The position numbers and the translations under genes were made by a program. Shown piece by piece: positions 47,580-56,844 of a stretch of 64,000 nt of DNA (positions are counted from its first letter, which is position 1; every line of letters begins with the position of its first letter). The DNA comes from Myxococcales bacterium. GTDB taxonomy: Bacteria > Myxococcota_A > UBA9042 > JABWCM01 > BTVJ01. The stretch covers positions 1 through 64,000 of the forward strand of contig BTVJ01000006.1 of the NCBI GenBank assembly GCA_045863395.1, given 5' to 3'. Under the pieces are notes generated by a model, which was not told the origin of the DNA, searched no databases, and was given only the letters and a program-made list of their open reading frames with translations.

Positions 47580-49054
47580 TGCGAGATCTCCTTGGCGTTC
47601 GTTGCCAGGATGCCGGCGTCGGCGAGCGACGTGTTTGGACGCCACTCCCACACCACCAGGAACGGCGCGTGGGGATCGACGAGCGGGCTTCGCTCGAAGC
47701 GCGCTCGCTCGACGAGGCGCCCCGGCAGGGACGCTGCGCCTCGCACCCCCGACGTCACGAGGATGGTCCGCGGGACGTTGCCGCGGTCGGTCACGTCGCG
47801 CAGGACGTCTGCCGCGTCCCGGACCAGGACGGACCTGTGCGCGGGGGCGTTGAAGCGGAGCACGCCGGTCTCTTCACCTGCGTAGACCTGGAGCTGCTCT
47901 GGCGGGCGCGCCGCGAGCCACGCCCCGGCCTGGGCGGCGGGCGAGGGGCGCGACGCCTCCACGAGGTGCGGGAGGGTCACCGCGGCGATGGCGATGGGCG
48001 CGAGGGCCAGCGCAGGGCGGAGGCGTGACCCGACACGCGCCGTGGCCGGGGCGGCGCCGAGGACCAGCAGCGGGAGGAGCGGCAGCAGGTGGCGAGGCTT
48101 CTCCGGGTTCTGCCCGATGGCCACCCAGGCGGCGTAGGGCAGCGCCAGGGCGAGCAGCGTGAAGGTCCAGCGACGCCCTGGGCGGGAGGCGGCCAGCAAC
48201 ACACCCAGGGTCGCCGCTGCTGCAGGACCGAGCAACACGGTGAACAGGTTGTGGGCAAGCAGCGTGAGGCGCTCCGTCGCACCCGGGGCTCCGGCGGCGA
48301 GCGCCGTGCCCCCCCACGCCTCGAAGTGCCCGCGGGTGAAGCGGGCGCCAATATCGATGAGCGCAGCGGGACCGCCCGCGAGCGCGACCAGTGGCGCGAG
48401 CCACGCCGCCGCCACTGCCGCCGCCAGCCCGACCCGAACCAGGCGCTCCCGGCGGTTGGCGCCGGCGAGGGTGAGCGCCAGCCCCACCGCGGCGATGAGG
48501 ACGCTCGATGCGCGAATGCCCGGCAGGAGCGCAAAGGCGACCACCGCAAGGCGCGCCCACGGCAGGCGGCCCCAGATGGGAGCGCCGGTCGTCCCCGCGC
48601 CCGATGCGCCGGCGAAGAGGGCCGCTGCCCCCAGCGCAACGAGCTGCGCCCCGAGGCCGTCAGAGAGCGGGGTGGCGTCGGCGACGCAGAGACCCGGCAG
48701 CGTCGCGACCAGGGCGGCTCCGAGCAGCGCGGAGGCCCGACCGTAGCGCAACAGGGCGGCGCCGGTCGCGGCGACCGTCACGGCCGAGAGCGCGACTGCC
48801 GGCAGGGCGAGCGCGACGGCAGGGCTGAGCCCGATGGCTCGCAGCGGCCACGCCAGGGCGAGGAACACGGGGTAGCCCGGAAAGTGGGGGCGGTGCGCCT
48901 CCAGGTCGAAGCGATCCAGCCCCAGGGCGAAGTTCACCGCGTCGTGGTCGGGGAGCGTGGAGCCCATGGCGATGACGCGCAGGACGACGGCAGCAGCGCC
49001 CAGGGCGGCGAGCCACGCCCAAGTCCTCCAATCGTCTCGCCAGCTTCGCTCCAC
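47576..49054 (-). CDS. Polytopic membrane protein, GT-C/PMT glycosyltransferase-like
   Basis: GTG start after GAGG; first loop DHDAVNFALGLDRFDL...PHFPGYP; many TM helices; PRHLLP motif. Confidence 0.7.
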   Translation of the reverse strand: MERSWRDDWRTWAWLAALGAAAVVLRVIAMGSTLPDHDAVNFALGLDRFDLEAHRPHFPGYPVFLALAWPLRAIGLSPAVALALPAVALSAVTVAATGAALLRYGRASALLGAALVATLPGLCVADATPLSDGLGAQLVALGAAALFAGASGAGTTGAPIWGRLPWARLAVVAFALLPGIRASSVLIAAVGLALTLAGANRRERLVRVGLAAAVAAAWLAPLVALAGGPAALIDIGARFTRGHFEAWGGTALAAGAPGATERLTLLAHNLFTVLLGPAAAATLGVLLAASRPGRRWTFTLLALALPYAAWVAIGQNPEKPRHLLPLLPLLVLGAAPATARVGSRLRPALALAPIAIAAVTLPHLVEASRPSPAAQAGAWLAARPPEQLQVYAGEETGVLRFNAPAHRSVLVRDAADVLRDVTDRGNVPRTILVTSGVRGAASLPGRLVERARFERSPLVDPHAPFLVVWEWRPNTSLADAGILATNAKEISQ

Positions 49055-49072
49055 CGTCGCCTCGTTATCGAA

Positions 49073-49130
49073 GTTGAAAGTCACTTTCAACAACGACGCA
49101 TTTATAGCGGCGCTCTCTGGCGGCTGTCAA
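49073..49130 (-). promoter_or_regulatory. Promoter with perfect Fur-type operator (first operon)
   Basis: Minus strand TTGACA-N18-TATAAA (49130-49101), then perfect 9-1-9 palindrome GTTGAAAGT-n-ACTTTCAAC (49073-49091). Confidence 0.8.
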
Positions 49131-49248
49131 CGAAAAAAATCGGGACAAGTCGACGTGGAGATCTTTTTTTCGCGGGGCGCTGTGAAGGGGCAGGAGCGGC
49201 CCACCGGCTTCACACCTTCTACGTGGCAGGGGCCCAGGGATCAGCCCG

Positions 49249-49704
49249 CTACGCGGCCTCTCGGCACGCGGCGCAGAGGCCGTAGAGCTCCATCTTGTGG
49301 TGGGTGAGCTGGAAGCCGTGCTCTGCCGCCATGCGGTCCTGGAGTGCCTCGATCTCGGGGTTCTCGAACTCCACGATGCGCCCGCAGCCCGTGCAGATCA
49401 GGTGGTCGTGGTGATCGTCGTGGGCGGGGTCCGAGGGCTCGAACAGCGTGGTCTTGTTGCCGAACTGGGCGGCCGCGGCGAGCCCGCACTCCTCGAGGAG
49501 CTTCAGCGTCCGGTACACGGTCGCGTAGCCGATCGACGGATTGCTGGCGCGCACCCGCTGGTACAGATCGTCGATGTTGACGTGCCGCCCGGCGCCGGTC
49601 GCGAAGAAGGCCTCCGCGATGGACATCCGCTGCGGCGTCAGGCGCAGCCCGGTGTCCTTGATGTGGCGCCGCAGGGTCTCGCGCCAGTCCTCGTGCTCGG
49701 TCAT
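49249..49704 (-). CDS. fur: Ferric uptake regulator family transcription factor
   Basis: GLRLTPQR, IGYATVYRTLKLL, HHDHLICTGCGRIVEF, HKMELYGLCAAC; GGAGG/AGGAG RBS. Confidence 0.93.
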   Translation of the reverse strand: MTEHEDWRETLRRHIKDTGLRLTPQRMSIAEAFFATGAGRHVNIDDLYQRVRASNPSIGYATVYRTLKLLEECGLAAAAQFGNKTTLFEPSDPAHDDHHDHLICTGCGRIVEFENPEIEALQDRMAAEHGFQLTHHKMELYGLCAACREAA

Positions 49705-50624
49705 GGTTCTCCTTCTGGAGGCGAGAGCACGACGACCCCCTCCCACGCCTGGCGGATGACCGTGTCCTCGGCCCCTGTGGTCGCACGCTCGACGCGGGTG
49801 TCCATGGAGTAGCGCAGCTCGGCGCCATCTGGCAACCCCTTGGCCACCGAGAGCCACAGGAGCAGGCGCCCGTGGCCCTCACCCGAGACGCGGACCACCG
49901 TGTCGCTGTCCTCCCCGATGTGCGCGGACTGCGCCAGGCGTACTTCTCCCACGACCACCGCGCAGTCCCCGGAGAGGACGCGGCAGGGCACCGTGCCCCG
50001 CAGGGTCATGGCGCGCTCGACGGTGAGGGGCGCCGCACCTCCCAGGGCCCCCACCTCCACCCGGTCGCCCCAGGTGTCGCCAGTGGACACGGGCTCGGCG
50101 GGCAGCTTGGGGAGGGCGAGGCTCAGGGACGCGGCCCAGGTGGCGGCGATGGGGGCGACGGCGTCGGCCACGGCCAGCACGTCTGCGATGATGGCGCCGT
50201 CCCGCGTCCTGGTCAGGCGAAAGGAGGCCTTGGAGGCGAGGCCCACGAGGCGAGAGGCCGACGTGCCCAGGGGCGGCGTGAGGGTCATCACCGGGTGCGT
50301 CAAGCGGAGCAGCAGGGCGCCGTCCTGCGCGCCGTCCGGCTCCAGGATCACCGCGGTGTCCGACCGGGTCACGAACTCGGCCGAGGGCCCAGAGTCACCT
50401 ACCAAGGACTGACGGAGCGCGCGCCGGGAGGCCATGCCCAGGGTCGTGAGGTCGGCGTGGCGGAGCTGGAGCCGCAGGTCCTTCGCCGGCGTGCCCTCCA
50501 CGTCCAGCTCGAGGCCCTTGTCCAGGGAGGCGAGCAGGCGCCTCTCCACCTCGGGCTCGGGCTCCGCCCGGCGGCAGCTCCAGGTCGCGACGAGGGCGAC
50601 CAACAAGACCAGGCGGATCATCAT
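49701..50624 (-). CDS. Hypothetical lipoprotein
   Basis: MMIRLVLLVALVATWSC lipobox; LPAEPVSTGDTW motif; ATGA overlap with fur. Confidence 0.7.
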   Translation of the reverse strand: MMIRLVLLVALVATWSCRRAEPEPEVERRLLASLDKGLELDVEGTPAKDLRLQLRHADLTTLGMASRRALRQSLVGDSGPSAEFVTRSDTAVILEPDGAQDGALLLRLTHPVMTLTPPLGTSASRLVGLASKASFRLTRTRDGAIIADVLAVADAVAPIAATWAASLSLALPKLPAEPVSTGDTWGDRVEVGALGGAAPLTVERAMTLRGTVPCRVLSGDCAVVVGEVRLAQSAHIGEDSDTVVRVSGEGHGRLLLWLSVAKGLPDGAELRYSMDTRVERATTGAEDTVIRQAWEGVVVLSPPEGEP

Positions 50625-51406
50625 GGGACCTCCGCCACGAAGCGCGCGGTCGTCGTCTGGAGCTGCTGCACCGTCACGCCCTCCGCGGCCTGGCGAGCCT
50701 CGAAGAGCGCCGACACCGTCGCGTCTGCCGTCTGCACGACCCCCTCTCCGTCGGTCACCACCTGCGCCGAGCCGAGGGTGCGACCGGTCACGTCCGCCGA
50801 TCGACCCCCACCCGTCGCCCCCTCGAACCGCAGGCGTGTCGCCAGCCGTGGCCCCTCGGAGCGGCGCTCGGTCGCGACGCTCACCCCCAGCTCCACCCGG
50901 CCTGCCAGCGCCGGCACCTGGAGGCGCTCGCCACAGAGGGCGCCGGCGAAGAGCCACGGCACGGCCGCAAGCAGGTCCCCTGCCGGCGCCGGCGGCTGCG
51001 GCTCGAACCGCAGGGCGCCCTCGACCATCGTGACCGCCCCGGAGGTGCCCGCCAGCGCGCGCTCGATCTCACGGGCCCGCCCAGGCACGTCCGGCGACAG
51101 GCGCACCCGCGCGGACGCCACGCGGACACCGACGCCGCAGGGGCGGTCCTCCAGGGTGACGGTCGCCTCCATATCCACCCGTGCGTGGAGCTCGATGCCT
51201 CCGGTCGCGAGCTGCTCCACATCCGTCGACACGGTCAGGGTCCCCTTCACGCCGAGGCGGAGCGGGACCTCGCGCTCGTGTGGCGCCCAGGCAGACGTGT
51301 CGGCGGCGTCGAGGGAGGGGGCCCGCAGCGTGAGCGTGGCGGTGCGCTCCTGGCGGCAGCCGGCGGCCAGGGACGCAAGCAGCAGGGCGGTGACGAACGA
51401 GCGCAT
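50621..51406 (-). CDS. Hypothetical lipoprotein
   Basis: MRSFVTALLLASLAAGC lipobox; ATGA overlap with the next gene. Confidence 0.7.
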   Translation of the reverse strand: MRSFVTALLLASLAAGCRQERTATLTLRAPSLDAADTSAWAPHEREVPLRLGVKGTLTVSTDVEQLATGGIELHARVDMEATVTLEDRPCGVGVRVASARVRLSPDVPGRAREIERALAGTSGAVTMVEGALRFEPQPPAPAGDLLAAVPWLFAGALCGERLQVPALAGRVELGVSVATERRSEGPRLATRLRFEGATGGGRSADVTGRTLGSAQVVTDGEGVVQTADATVSALFEARQAAEGVTVQQLQTTTARFVAEVP

Positions 51407-51506
51407 CGGGACCCTTTGCAGAGGAAGCAGCGCCCACGCTCGTATCATCGGCCCCGCCGGCATGTCAAACCTCGGGGGCACGCCTCGATCATCGGACACC
51501 CCCCCG

Positions 51507-53177
51507 CTACCGCCCGACGGCGGCCCCCTCCCCGCGAGGATCGCTGGCGCCCGTCAGGCGGCCGGTCTTCGGGTCGACGGCGATGGCCTGCACGTTCGTG
51601 CCGAACGTCGAGACGACCACCTTGTGGCCCAGCGCCGTCAGCGCCGCGCGCTGCGCTGCGTCCAGGGCGTCGGGCTCGAGCAGCACGTCCTCCGGGGTCC
51701 ACTGGTGGTGGATGCGCGGGGCCTTGACGGCGGCAGCCACGTCCATGCCGTGGTCGAGCACGTTGATGACCACCTGGAGCACGGTCGTGATGATGCGCGA
51801 GCCGCCAGGGCTGCCGGCGACCAGGCGGACCTTGCCGTCCCTGGTCACGATGGTCGGCGTCATGCTGGACAGGGGCCGCTTGCGCGCAGCCACCGCGTTG
51901 GCCTCGTTGCCGACGAGCCCGAAGGCGTTGGGGACGCCCGGGGCGGCAGCGAAGTCGTCCATCTCGTCGTTGAGCACCACGCCCGTGCCCTCGGCGACCA
52001 GCCCGCTCCCGAAGCCCAGGTTGACGGTCTGGGTGCACGCGATGGCGTTGCCGTCCCCGTCCACGATGCTGAAGTGGGAGGTGTGCTCCGGCTCGCGCGC
52101 CCCCTCGACCTCGGAGACCGGCAGCGCCCGGTCGGGCCGGAACCGGGCGCGCTGCTCCTCGGCGTACTTCGCCGACGTCAGGCGCTCGACGGGCACCTCG
52201 ACGAAGTCCGGGTCCCCCAGCAGCCGGCTCCGGTCCGCGTAGGCGAGCTTCATGGCCTCGATCATCGGGTGCACGGTGGCCGCCCGGCCGCGTCCGGTCT
52301 TTGCCAGGTCGAAGCCCGAGAGGAAGGTGAGCATCTGCACGAGGTGTACGCCGCCGGAGCTGGGCGGCGGCATGGACCACACGGTGTACCCCCGATAGGC
52401 CCCCTGGATGGGGGTGCGCCAGACGGGGCGGTAGCCCCTCAGGTCCTCCGCCGTGACCAGCCCGCCCGCCGCCTGGACGGCCGCGACGAGCTTCTCCGCC
52501 ACCGGCCCCTCATGGAAGCCGGCATCGCCCTGTTCGCCGATCGCCTGGAGCGTGCTCGCCAGGTCCGCCTGTACGAGGGTGGCGCCCACCTCGGGCGCCT
52601 TCCCCCCAGGCATGAACACCGCCCGCGCCGCCGGGGACAGCCGCAGGCGCGACGCGCCGATGCGCGCCCGCAGGAGCGGCGTCACCGTGAAGCCATCGCG
52701 GGCGAGGGCCAGGGAGGGCGCGACCACCCGGGCCCAGGGAAGCCGCCCATGCTTGCGATGGAGCTCGCTCAGGCCGCGCACGAGCCCCGGCACCGCCACG
52801 GCGAGCCCGCCATCCTGGCTCAGCGACGTGTCCGCCTTGCCGCTCCGCAGGAACATGTCGCGGGTGGCCGCCGCGGGCGCCGTCTCGCGGAAGTCCAGCG
52901 CCTCGGCCTTGCCCGCGATCCAGACCACGGCAAACCCGCCGCCGCCGAGGCCGGACGAGTACGGCTCCACCACGGACAAGGCGAGAGAGGTGGCGACTGC
53001 GGCATCCACGGCGTTGCCACCCGCGGCGAGGACCTCGTCGCCTGCCTTGGACGCGAGGGGGTGCGCCGACGCCACCATCCACGTCTTGGCTTCGGTGGGT
53101 GCGGCGTGGGTGAGGGGCGCCAGCCACAGCAGGGCCAGGGTGACGGACAGGCGCAGGAAGGGCAGGGCGCGGCTCAT
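51507..53177 (-). CDS. ggt: Gamma-glutamyltransferase
   Basis: GGNAVDAAVA, EPYSSGLGGG, DFRETAP, PPPSSGG, HTSHFS (catalytic Thr), NDEMDDF, RPLSSMTP, GSPGGSRI. Confidence 0.95.
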   Translation of the reverse strand: MSRALPFLRLSVTLALLWLAPLTHAAPTEAKTWMVASAHPLASKAGDEVLAAGGNAVDAAVATSLALSVVEPYSSGLGGGGFAVVWIAGKAEALDFRETAPAAATRDMFLRSGKADTSLSQDGGLAVAVPGLVRGLSELHRKHGRLPWARVVAPSLALARDGFTVTPLLRARIGASRLRLSPAARAVFMPGGKAPEVGATLVQADLASTLQAIGEQGDAGFHEGPVAEKLVAAVQAAGGLVTAEDLRGYRPVWRTPIQGAYRGYTVWSMPPPSSGGVHLVQMLTFLSGFDLAKTGRGRAATVHPMIEAMKLAYADRSRLLGDPDFVEVPVERLTSAKYAEEQRARFRPDRALPVSEVEGAREPEHTSHFSIVDGDGNAIACTQTVNLGFGSGLVAEGTGVVLNDEMDDFAAAPGVPNAFGLVGNEANAVAARKRPLSSMTPTIVTRDGKVRLVAGSPGGSRIITTVLQVVINVLDHGMDVAAAVKAPRIHHQWTPEDVLLEPDALDAAQRAALTALGHKVVVSTFGTNVQAIAVDPKTGRLTGASDPRGEGAAVGR

Positions 53178-53310
53178 GGTCGACCTCCGGGGGAGACCTC
53201 GGCAGTAGAGCACAGCCCCCGCAGGATGCACAAACCACCGCGTTGCGCCCCCTGCGCCCATCTGCTACAACAGCGCGCGACTCTCCGACCCCCAACGCAG
53301 GAGGCGACAC

Positions 53311-53607
53311 ATGCCCAAGGTCAACGTCAAGAAGCGCCACGCGGTTCCGCTGGACGACGCGAAGGTGCGTGTCAAGGCGCTGGTCGACGACTTCGTGAAA
53401 GAGTACTCCTCGGTGGTCAAGTCGGTGACCTGGTCGCCAGACGGGACCAGCGCCAGCGCCAAGGGCACCGGCTTCGAGGGAGCCTTCCGGGTCGACGGGA
53501 GCCAGGTGACCGTGGACGTGGACCTGAGCTTCCTGCTGTCCCCCATCAAGGGGAAGGTCGAGGCCACCCTGCACAAGCGCCTGGACGACTCCTTCGGGAA
53601 TGCCTGA
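53311..53607 (+). CDS. Polyhydroxyalkanoic acid system family protein
   Basis: 98 aa; V...H......A, W, GTGFEG, LSFLLSPIKGKVE; AGGAGG RBS. Confidence 0.75.
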   Translation: MPKVNVKKRHAVPLDDAKVRVKALVDDFVKEYSSVVKSVTWSPDGTSASAKGTGFEGAFRVDGSQVTVDVDLSFLLSPIKGKVEATLHKRLDDSFGNA

Positions 53608-55336
53608 CGCGCATCCCTTTCGGACGCTGCTGCGCTGCTCCGTCCTCGCGGTCCTGGTCCTGCCCTTCGCCGGCTGCGCGGGCGAGAGCGGGATGGACCG
53701 CATCTCCTGCCCCACGCTGGGCGCCGGCACCCCGGCGCTGGTCAGCCCGATCACCGCGCTGTCCTTCGACGCGGCCCAGAAGGGCTCGTTCGCCGGAGGC
53801 TGGTTCGTCGGGTACGCCTTCGTCCCTCCGCCGGACGTCACCATCACGGCCTCCCTCGCGGGCGCGGCACCCGGCGCGCGGGCCCTGCTCATGCTCTACG
53901 GCCCGCGGACGGCCTACGGCGACTGGGGCATCTGCCAGCGGGTGTCGGACCCGGCGTCGGACGGGAGCACCTCGCTGAGCGTGAGCATCACCGGGGGCGT
54001 GTCCGGCGAGCTGCTGCTGGTGGTCGCCACCCAAGACCCCAAGGCCGCCGCGGGCACCAGCTTCCAGCTGACGCTCGCCTGCGAGGGGGCCTGTGCCGTC
54101 GAGCCCGCCTGCCCCGAGCCCCTGGCCGCGACCTGCGGCATCTCCTTCTGCCCGACCGGCTTCGCGCGGGATGGCGACTGCCCGACCTGCGCCTGTGAGA
54201 CCGGCGTGTCTGCATGCCCGCCTGGCTTCCTCCTCGTAGCGGGGGCGTGCGTCGACCCCTGCGCCCTCAACGTGACCGGCGACCCGGTGTGCGGGTCCGA
54301 TGGCCAGACCTGGCCCAGCGCCCAGGCCGCCCTCTGCGCTGGCGTGCCGGACACGAAGGCGGGGTCCTGCGAGGCGGCCTGCGGCTCGTTCTCCTGCAAC
54401 AAGGAGTGTGGGGCCTTCGCGGTGGACCCCGACACCTGGTGCCCGCTGTGCGAGTGCCGCGCCCACGACTGCGCGGCGTGCCCGGGCACCTGGAGCCCCG
54501 TGTGTGGCTCCGACGGGGTGACCTGGCCCAACGCCTGCCGCGCTGCGTGCGCCGGGGTGGCGGCCGTCACCCCTGGGGAGTGCCTCGCTGGCTGCCCCAT
54601 GCCCACCAAGGAGTGCGGCGACGACTTCGGCTACGACGCCCTGTGCCCGACGTGCTCCTACCCTCCGTCCGCCCTGGGCGGTCCCGGCGCCTGTGCGCTC
54701 CTCTGCGACGGGGAGGAGTGCGAGACCAAGGCCTGGCGCGCCTTCCCGAGCGCCAGCGCCGCGAAGAAGGCGGCGGCGCTCGTGGCGGAGCGCCCGTGCG
54801 CCCTGCTGGACTGCACGAAGGACGCCGACTGCGCCCCACCAGGAAAGGCGCCCGAGGGGCACCAGTACACGTGCCGTGAGGTGAAGGGGGTCCCGGTGGG
54901 CACCTGCACACACACCGTCCCCTGCGACAGCGGCAAGTGCCCCGCCGGGCGGGAGTGTGCCACGGTCCAGGGCGCGAAGCTCTGTGTCTCCTCGTGCTCC
55001 TGCCCCGTCGTCTACGACCCGGTGTGCGCCCTGGCGGGCGGCGAGGCCACGGCCTTCGACAGCGCCTGCGACGCCCACTGTGCGGGGGCGACGATCATCC
55101 AGGCGGGGTCGTGCTGCAAGGCTCGTGAGGTCTCCTGCAAGGACGGGGAGGTGCCGGAGCTGGACGCGATGGGGTGTCGCACCGGCGGCTGCGTGGAGGC
55201 CCGCGCCTGCGAGGATCTGTGCAGTGAGGGTGGGCAGTGCGTTCATGTGCTCGATGCGCCCGACACCGCGCCCAGCGCGTGCCTCGCCCACTGCGCGGGG
55301 CACCAGGTGGACCCCACCGCGGAGTGCACGCCATGA
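53600..55336 (+). CDS. Cys-rich lipoprotein with Kazal-like repeats
   Basis: Lipobox FAGC; PVCGSDGxTW twice, YDPVC; very high Cys content. Confidence 0.8.
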   Translation: MPDAHPFRTLLRCSVLAVLVLPFAGCAGESGMDRISCPTLGAGTPALVSPITALSFDAAQKGSFAGGWFVGYAFVPPPDVTITASLAGAAPGARALLMLYGPRTAYGDWGICQRVSDPASDGSTSLSVSITGGVSGELLLVVATQDPKAAAGTSFQLTLACEGACAVEPACPEPLAATCGISFCPTGFARDGDCPTCACETGVSACPPGFLLVAGACVDPCALNVTGDPVCGSDGQTWPSAQAALCAGVPDTKAGSCEAACGSFSCNKECGAFAVDPDTWCPLCECRAHDCAACPGTWSPVCGSDGVTWPNACRAACAGVAAVTPGECLAGCPMPTKECGDDFGYDALCPTCSYPPSALGGPGACALLCDGEECETKAWRAFPSASAAKKAAALVAERPCALLDCTKDADCAPPGKAPEGHQYTCREVKGVPVGTCTHTVPCDSGKCPAGRECATVQGAKLCVSSCSCPVVYDPVCALAGGEATAFDSACDAHCAGATIIQAGSCCKAREVSCKDGEVPELDAMGCRTGGCVEARACEDLCSEGGQCVHVLDAPDTAPSACLAHCAGHQVDPTAECTP

Positions 55337-55746
55337 AGCGATGGTGGGTAGCGCTCCTGCTGGCGGGCTGCGGAGACCTCTACTCGTCGCAGCACATCCC
55401 CCTTCGTGAGTACGCGACCATCGAGCTCGAGCCCGCTTGCGTGGAGGCCGACGGCCAACCGTGGCTCCTGACGGGGACCGCGGAGCTTGGGCGCCCGGGG
55501 TTCGTCCAGCGCGTGCTCTGGGACGATCTCGACCTGGAGGTCCAGGCGTGGCAGGCGTCCTGCGAGGACCTGCTGCGCGGCACCGTTCCCGTCGCGTCCG
55601 ACACCCTGGAGGTGTGCTTCGTCGTTGTGGCAGCCCTGGACGCTGCCGCGGGAGACCGCGACCTGACCGTCTACCTGGAGGCGGGCGACGGGCTGATCGT
55701 CGCCACCGCCACCCTCGGCGTCCGCGCCGACTGCGGGGCTCCATGA
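55333..55746 (+). CDS. Small hypothetical lipoprotein
   Basis: MKRWWVALLLAGC lipobox; ATGA overlaps at both ends. Confidence 0.75.
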   Translation: MKRWWVALLLAGCGDLYSSQHIPLREYATIELEPACVEADGQPWLLTGTAELGRPGFVQRVLWDDLDLEVQAWQASCEDLLRGTVPVASDTLEVCFVVVAALDAAAGDRDLTVYLEAGDGLIVATATLGVRADCGAP

Positions 55747-56771
55747 AGGCGTCGGCTCGTCACCGGGGCTCTCGGCGGGGGCGGTTCGGGTCGCGCGCTG
55801 CGGCCGTCGTCCTGTCGCTGGCGCTGCCGTCCCTGGCGAGCGCCCAGGTCCCTGGCGCCGCGGGCGCCCTCGTGGACGAGGGGGTGCGCTGCTACCAGGC
55901 GCTGGACTACGGCTGCGCCATCGACAGGCTCCAGAAGGCGCTCCTCGACCTGCAGACGGGCGGGCACCTGGAGCCAGCGGCGGAGCTCCGGGCGCGGCTC
56001 CACCTGGCCTTCGCGCTCCTCGCGGCGGAGCGGGTCGAGGACGCCCGCGGGCAGCTTCGCCGCGTGCTGGTCTTGGAGCCGCGGTTCTCGCTGGATCCGG
56101 GCATCGTCTCGCCGCGGATCGTCGCGACGCTGGAGCAGGTGCGGCGGGAGCTCCTCGCGCCGGCCATGCCCGCCGACCTGGACCCGGGCGACCCCTTGCC
56201 GCTGCCCGTGCGCCCAGACCCGCCCGACGCGCTGCTGCGCCCCGTGCGCATCGCCGCAGCGGGCGCCTCCCTCGACGCCGACGAGGACCCGCGCTTCCAG
56301 GTGGACCTGGGGGGAGGCGTCCAGCTCCTGACAGGGACGGACGCCGGGCGCTACGACGCCGGCCCGGGCCTCGTGACACGGTTCCTGTGGCGTGTCGACG
56401 ACCTGTGGGCCATTGGGCTCGGCTCGTCCGTGTTCCTGCACTCCGTCGGCGACCTGGACCTGGGCCAGAGCGCCCCCAACTCCCTGTGGGTGCTCGGGGT
56501 GCAGCCCCAGGCTGGCATCGCGACGTCCGTGACGCCGTGGCTCTCCCTGGAGGCCCTTGCCGTGCTCGGGGCGGTGGTGTTCGGCCACGACGGCCTGGAC
56601 GGGGGCGCAGGGCTGGAGGTCGGCCTCGTCGCGGGCGCACGCTTCCGCATCTCCCGCACGCTCTCGGTGGCCCTGCACGTCACGCCGCTCGTGGCCTTCG
56701 GCGCCGTGGGTGACACGAGCGCCGCGTCTATCTCGGTGCCGCTCACCGTGGAGGCCGGGTTTGCTTTTTGA
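55743..56771 (+). CDS. Exported protein: TPR-like helices plus C-terminal beta-barrel
   Basis: Signal peptide ending ASA; EGVRCYQALDY..AI..L, LDP..VSPRI; beta-strand C-terminus ending in Phe. Confidence 0.7.
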   Translation: MKASARHRGSRRGRFGSRAAAVVLSLALPSLASAQVPGAAGALVDEGVRCYQALDYGCAIDRLQKALLDLQTGGHLEPAAELRARLHLAFALLAAERVEDARGQLRRVLVLEPRFSLDPGIVSPRIVATLEQVRRELLAPAMPADLDPGDPLPLPVRPDPPDALLRPVRIAAAGASLDADEDPRFQVDLGGGVQLLTGTDAGRYDAGPGLVTRFLWRVDDLWAIGLGSSVFLHSVGDLDLGQSAPNSLWVLGVQPQAGIATSVTPWLSLEALAVLGAVVFGHDGLDGGAGLEVGLVAGARFRISRTLSVALHVTPLVAFGAVGDTSAASISVPLTVEAGFAF

Positions 56772-56781
56772 CCGGCGACTG

Positions 56782-56821
56782 AAAAAAAACGTTGACCCCC
56801 TCTCGTGAGGTCTTGTATAAG
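56782..56821 (+). promoter_or_regulatory. Promoter of the tRNA operon
   Basis: A-tract 56782-56789, TTGACC (56792)-N18-TATAAG (56816). Confidence 0.65.
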
Positions 56822-56844
56822 CCTCTCCACCGCAGCGGCGGTGA

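Noticed and set aside
49131..49172. CGAAAAAAA...TTTTTTTCG inverted repeat upstream of the Fur-regulated promoter
   Set aside because: The arms are only homopolymer tracts; more simply explained as A/T-rich UP-element sequence.
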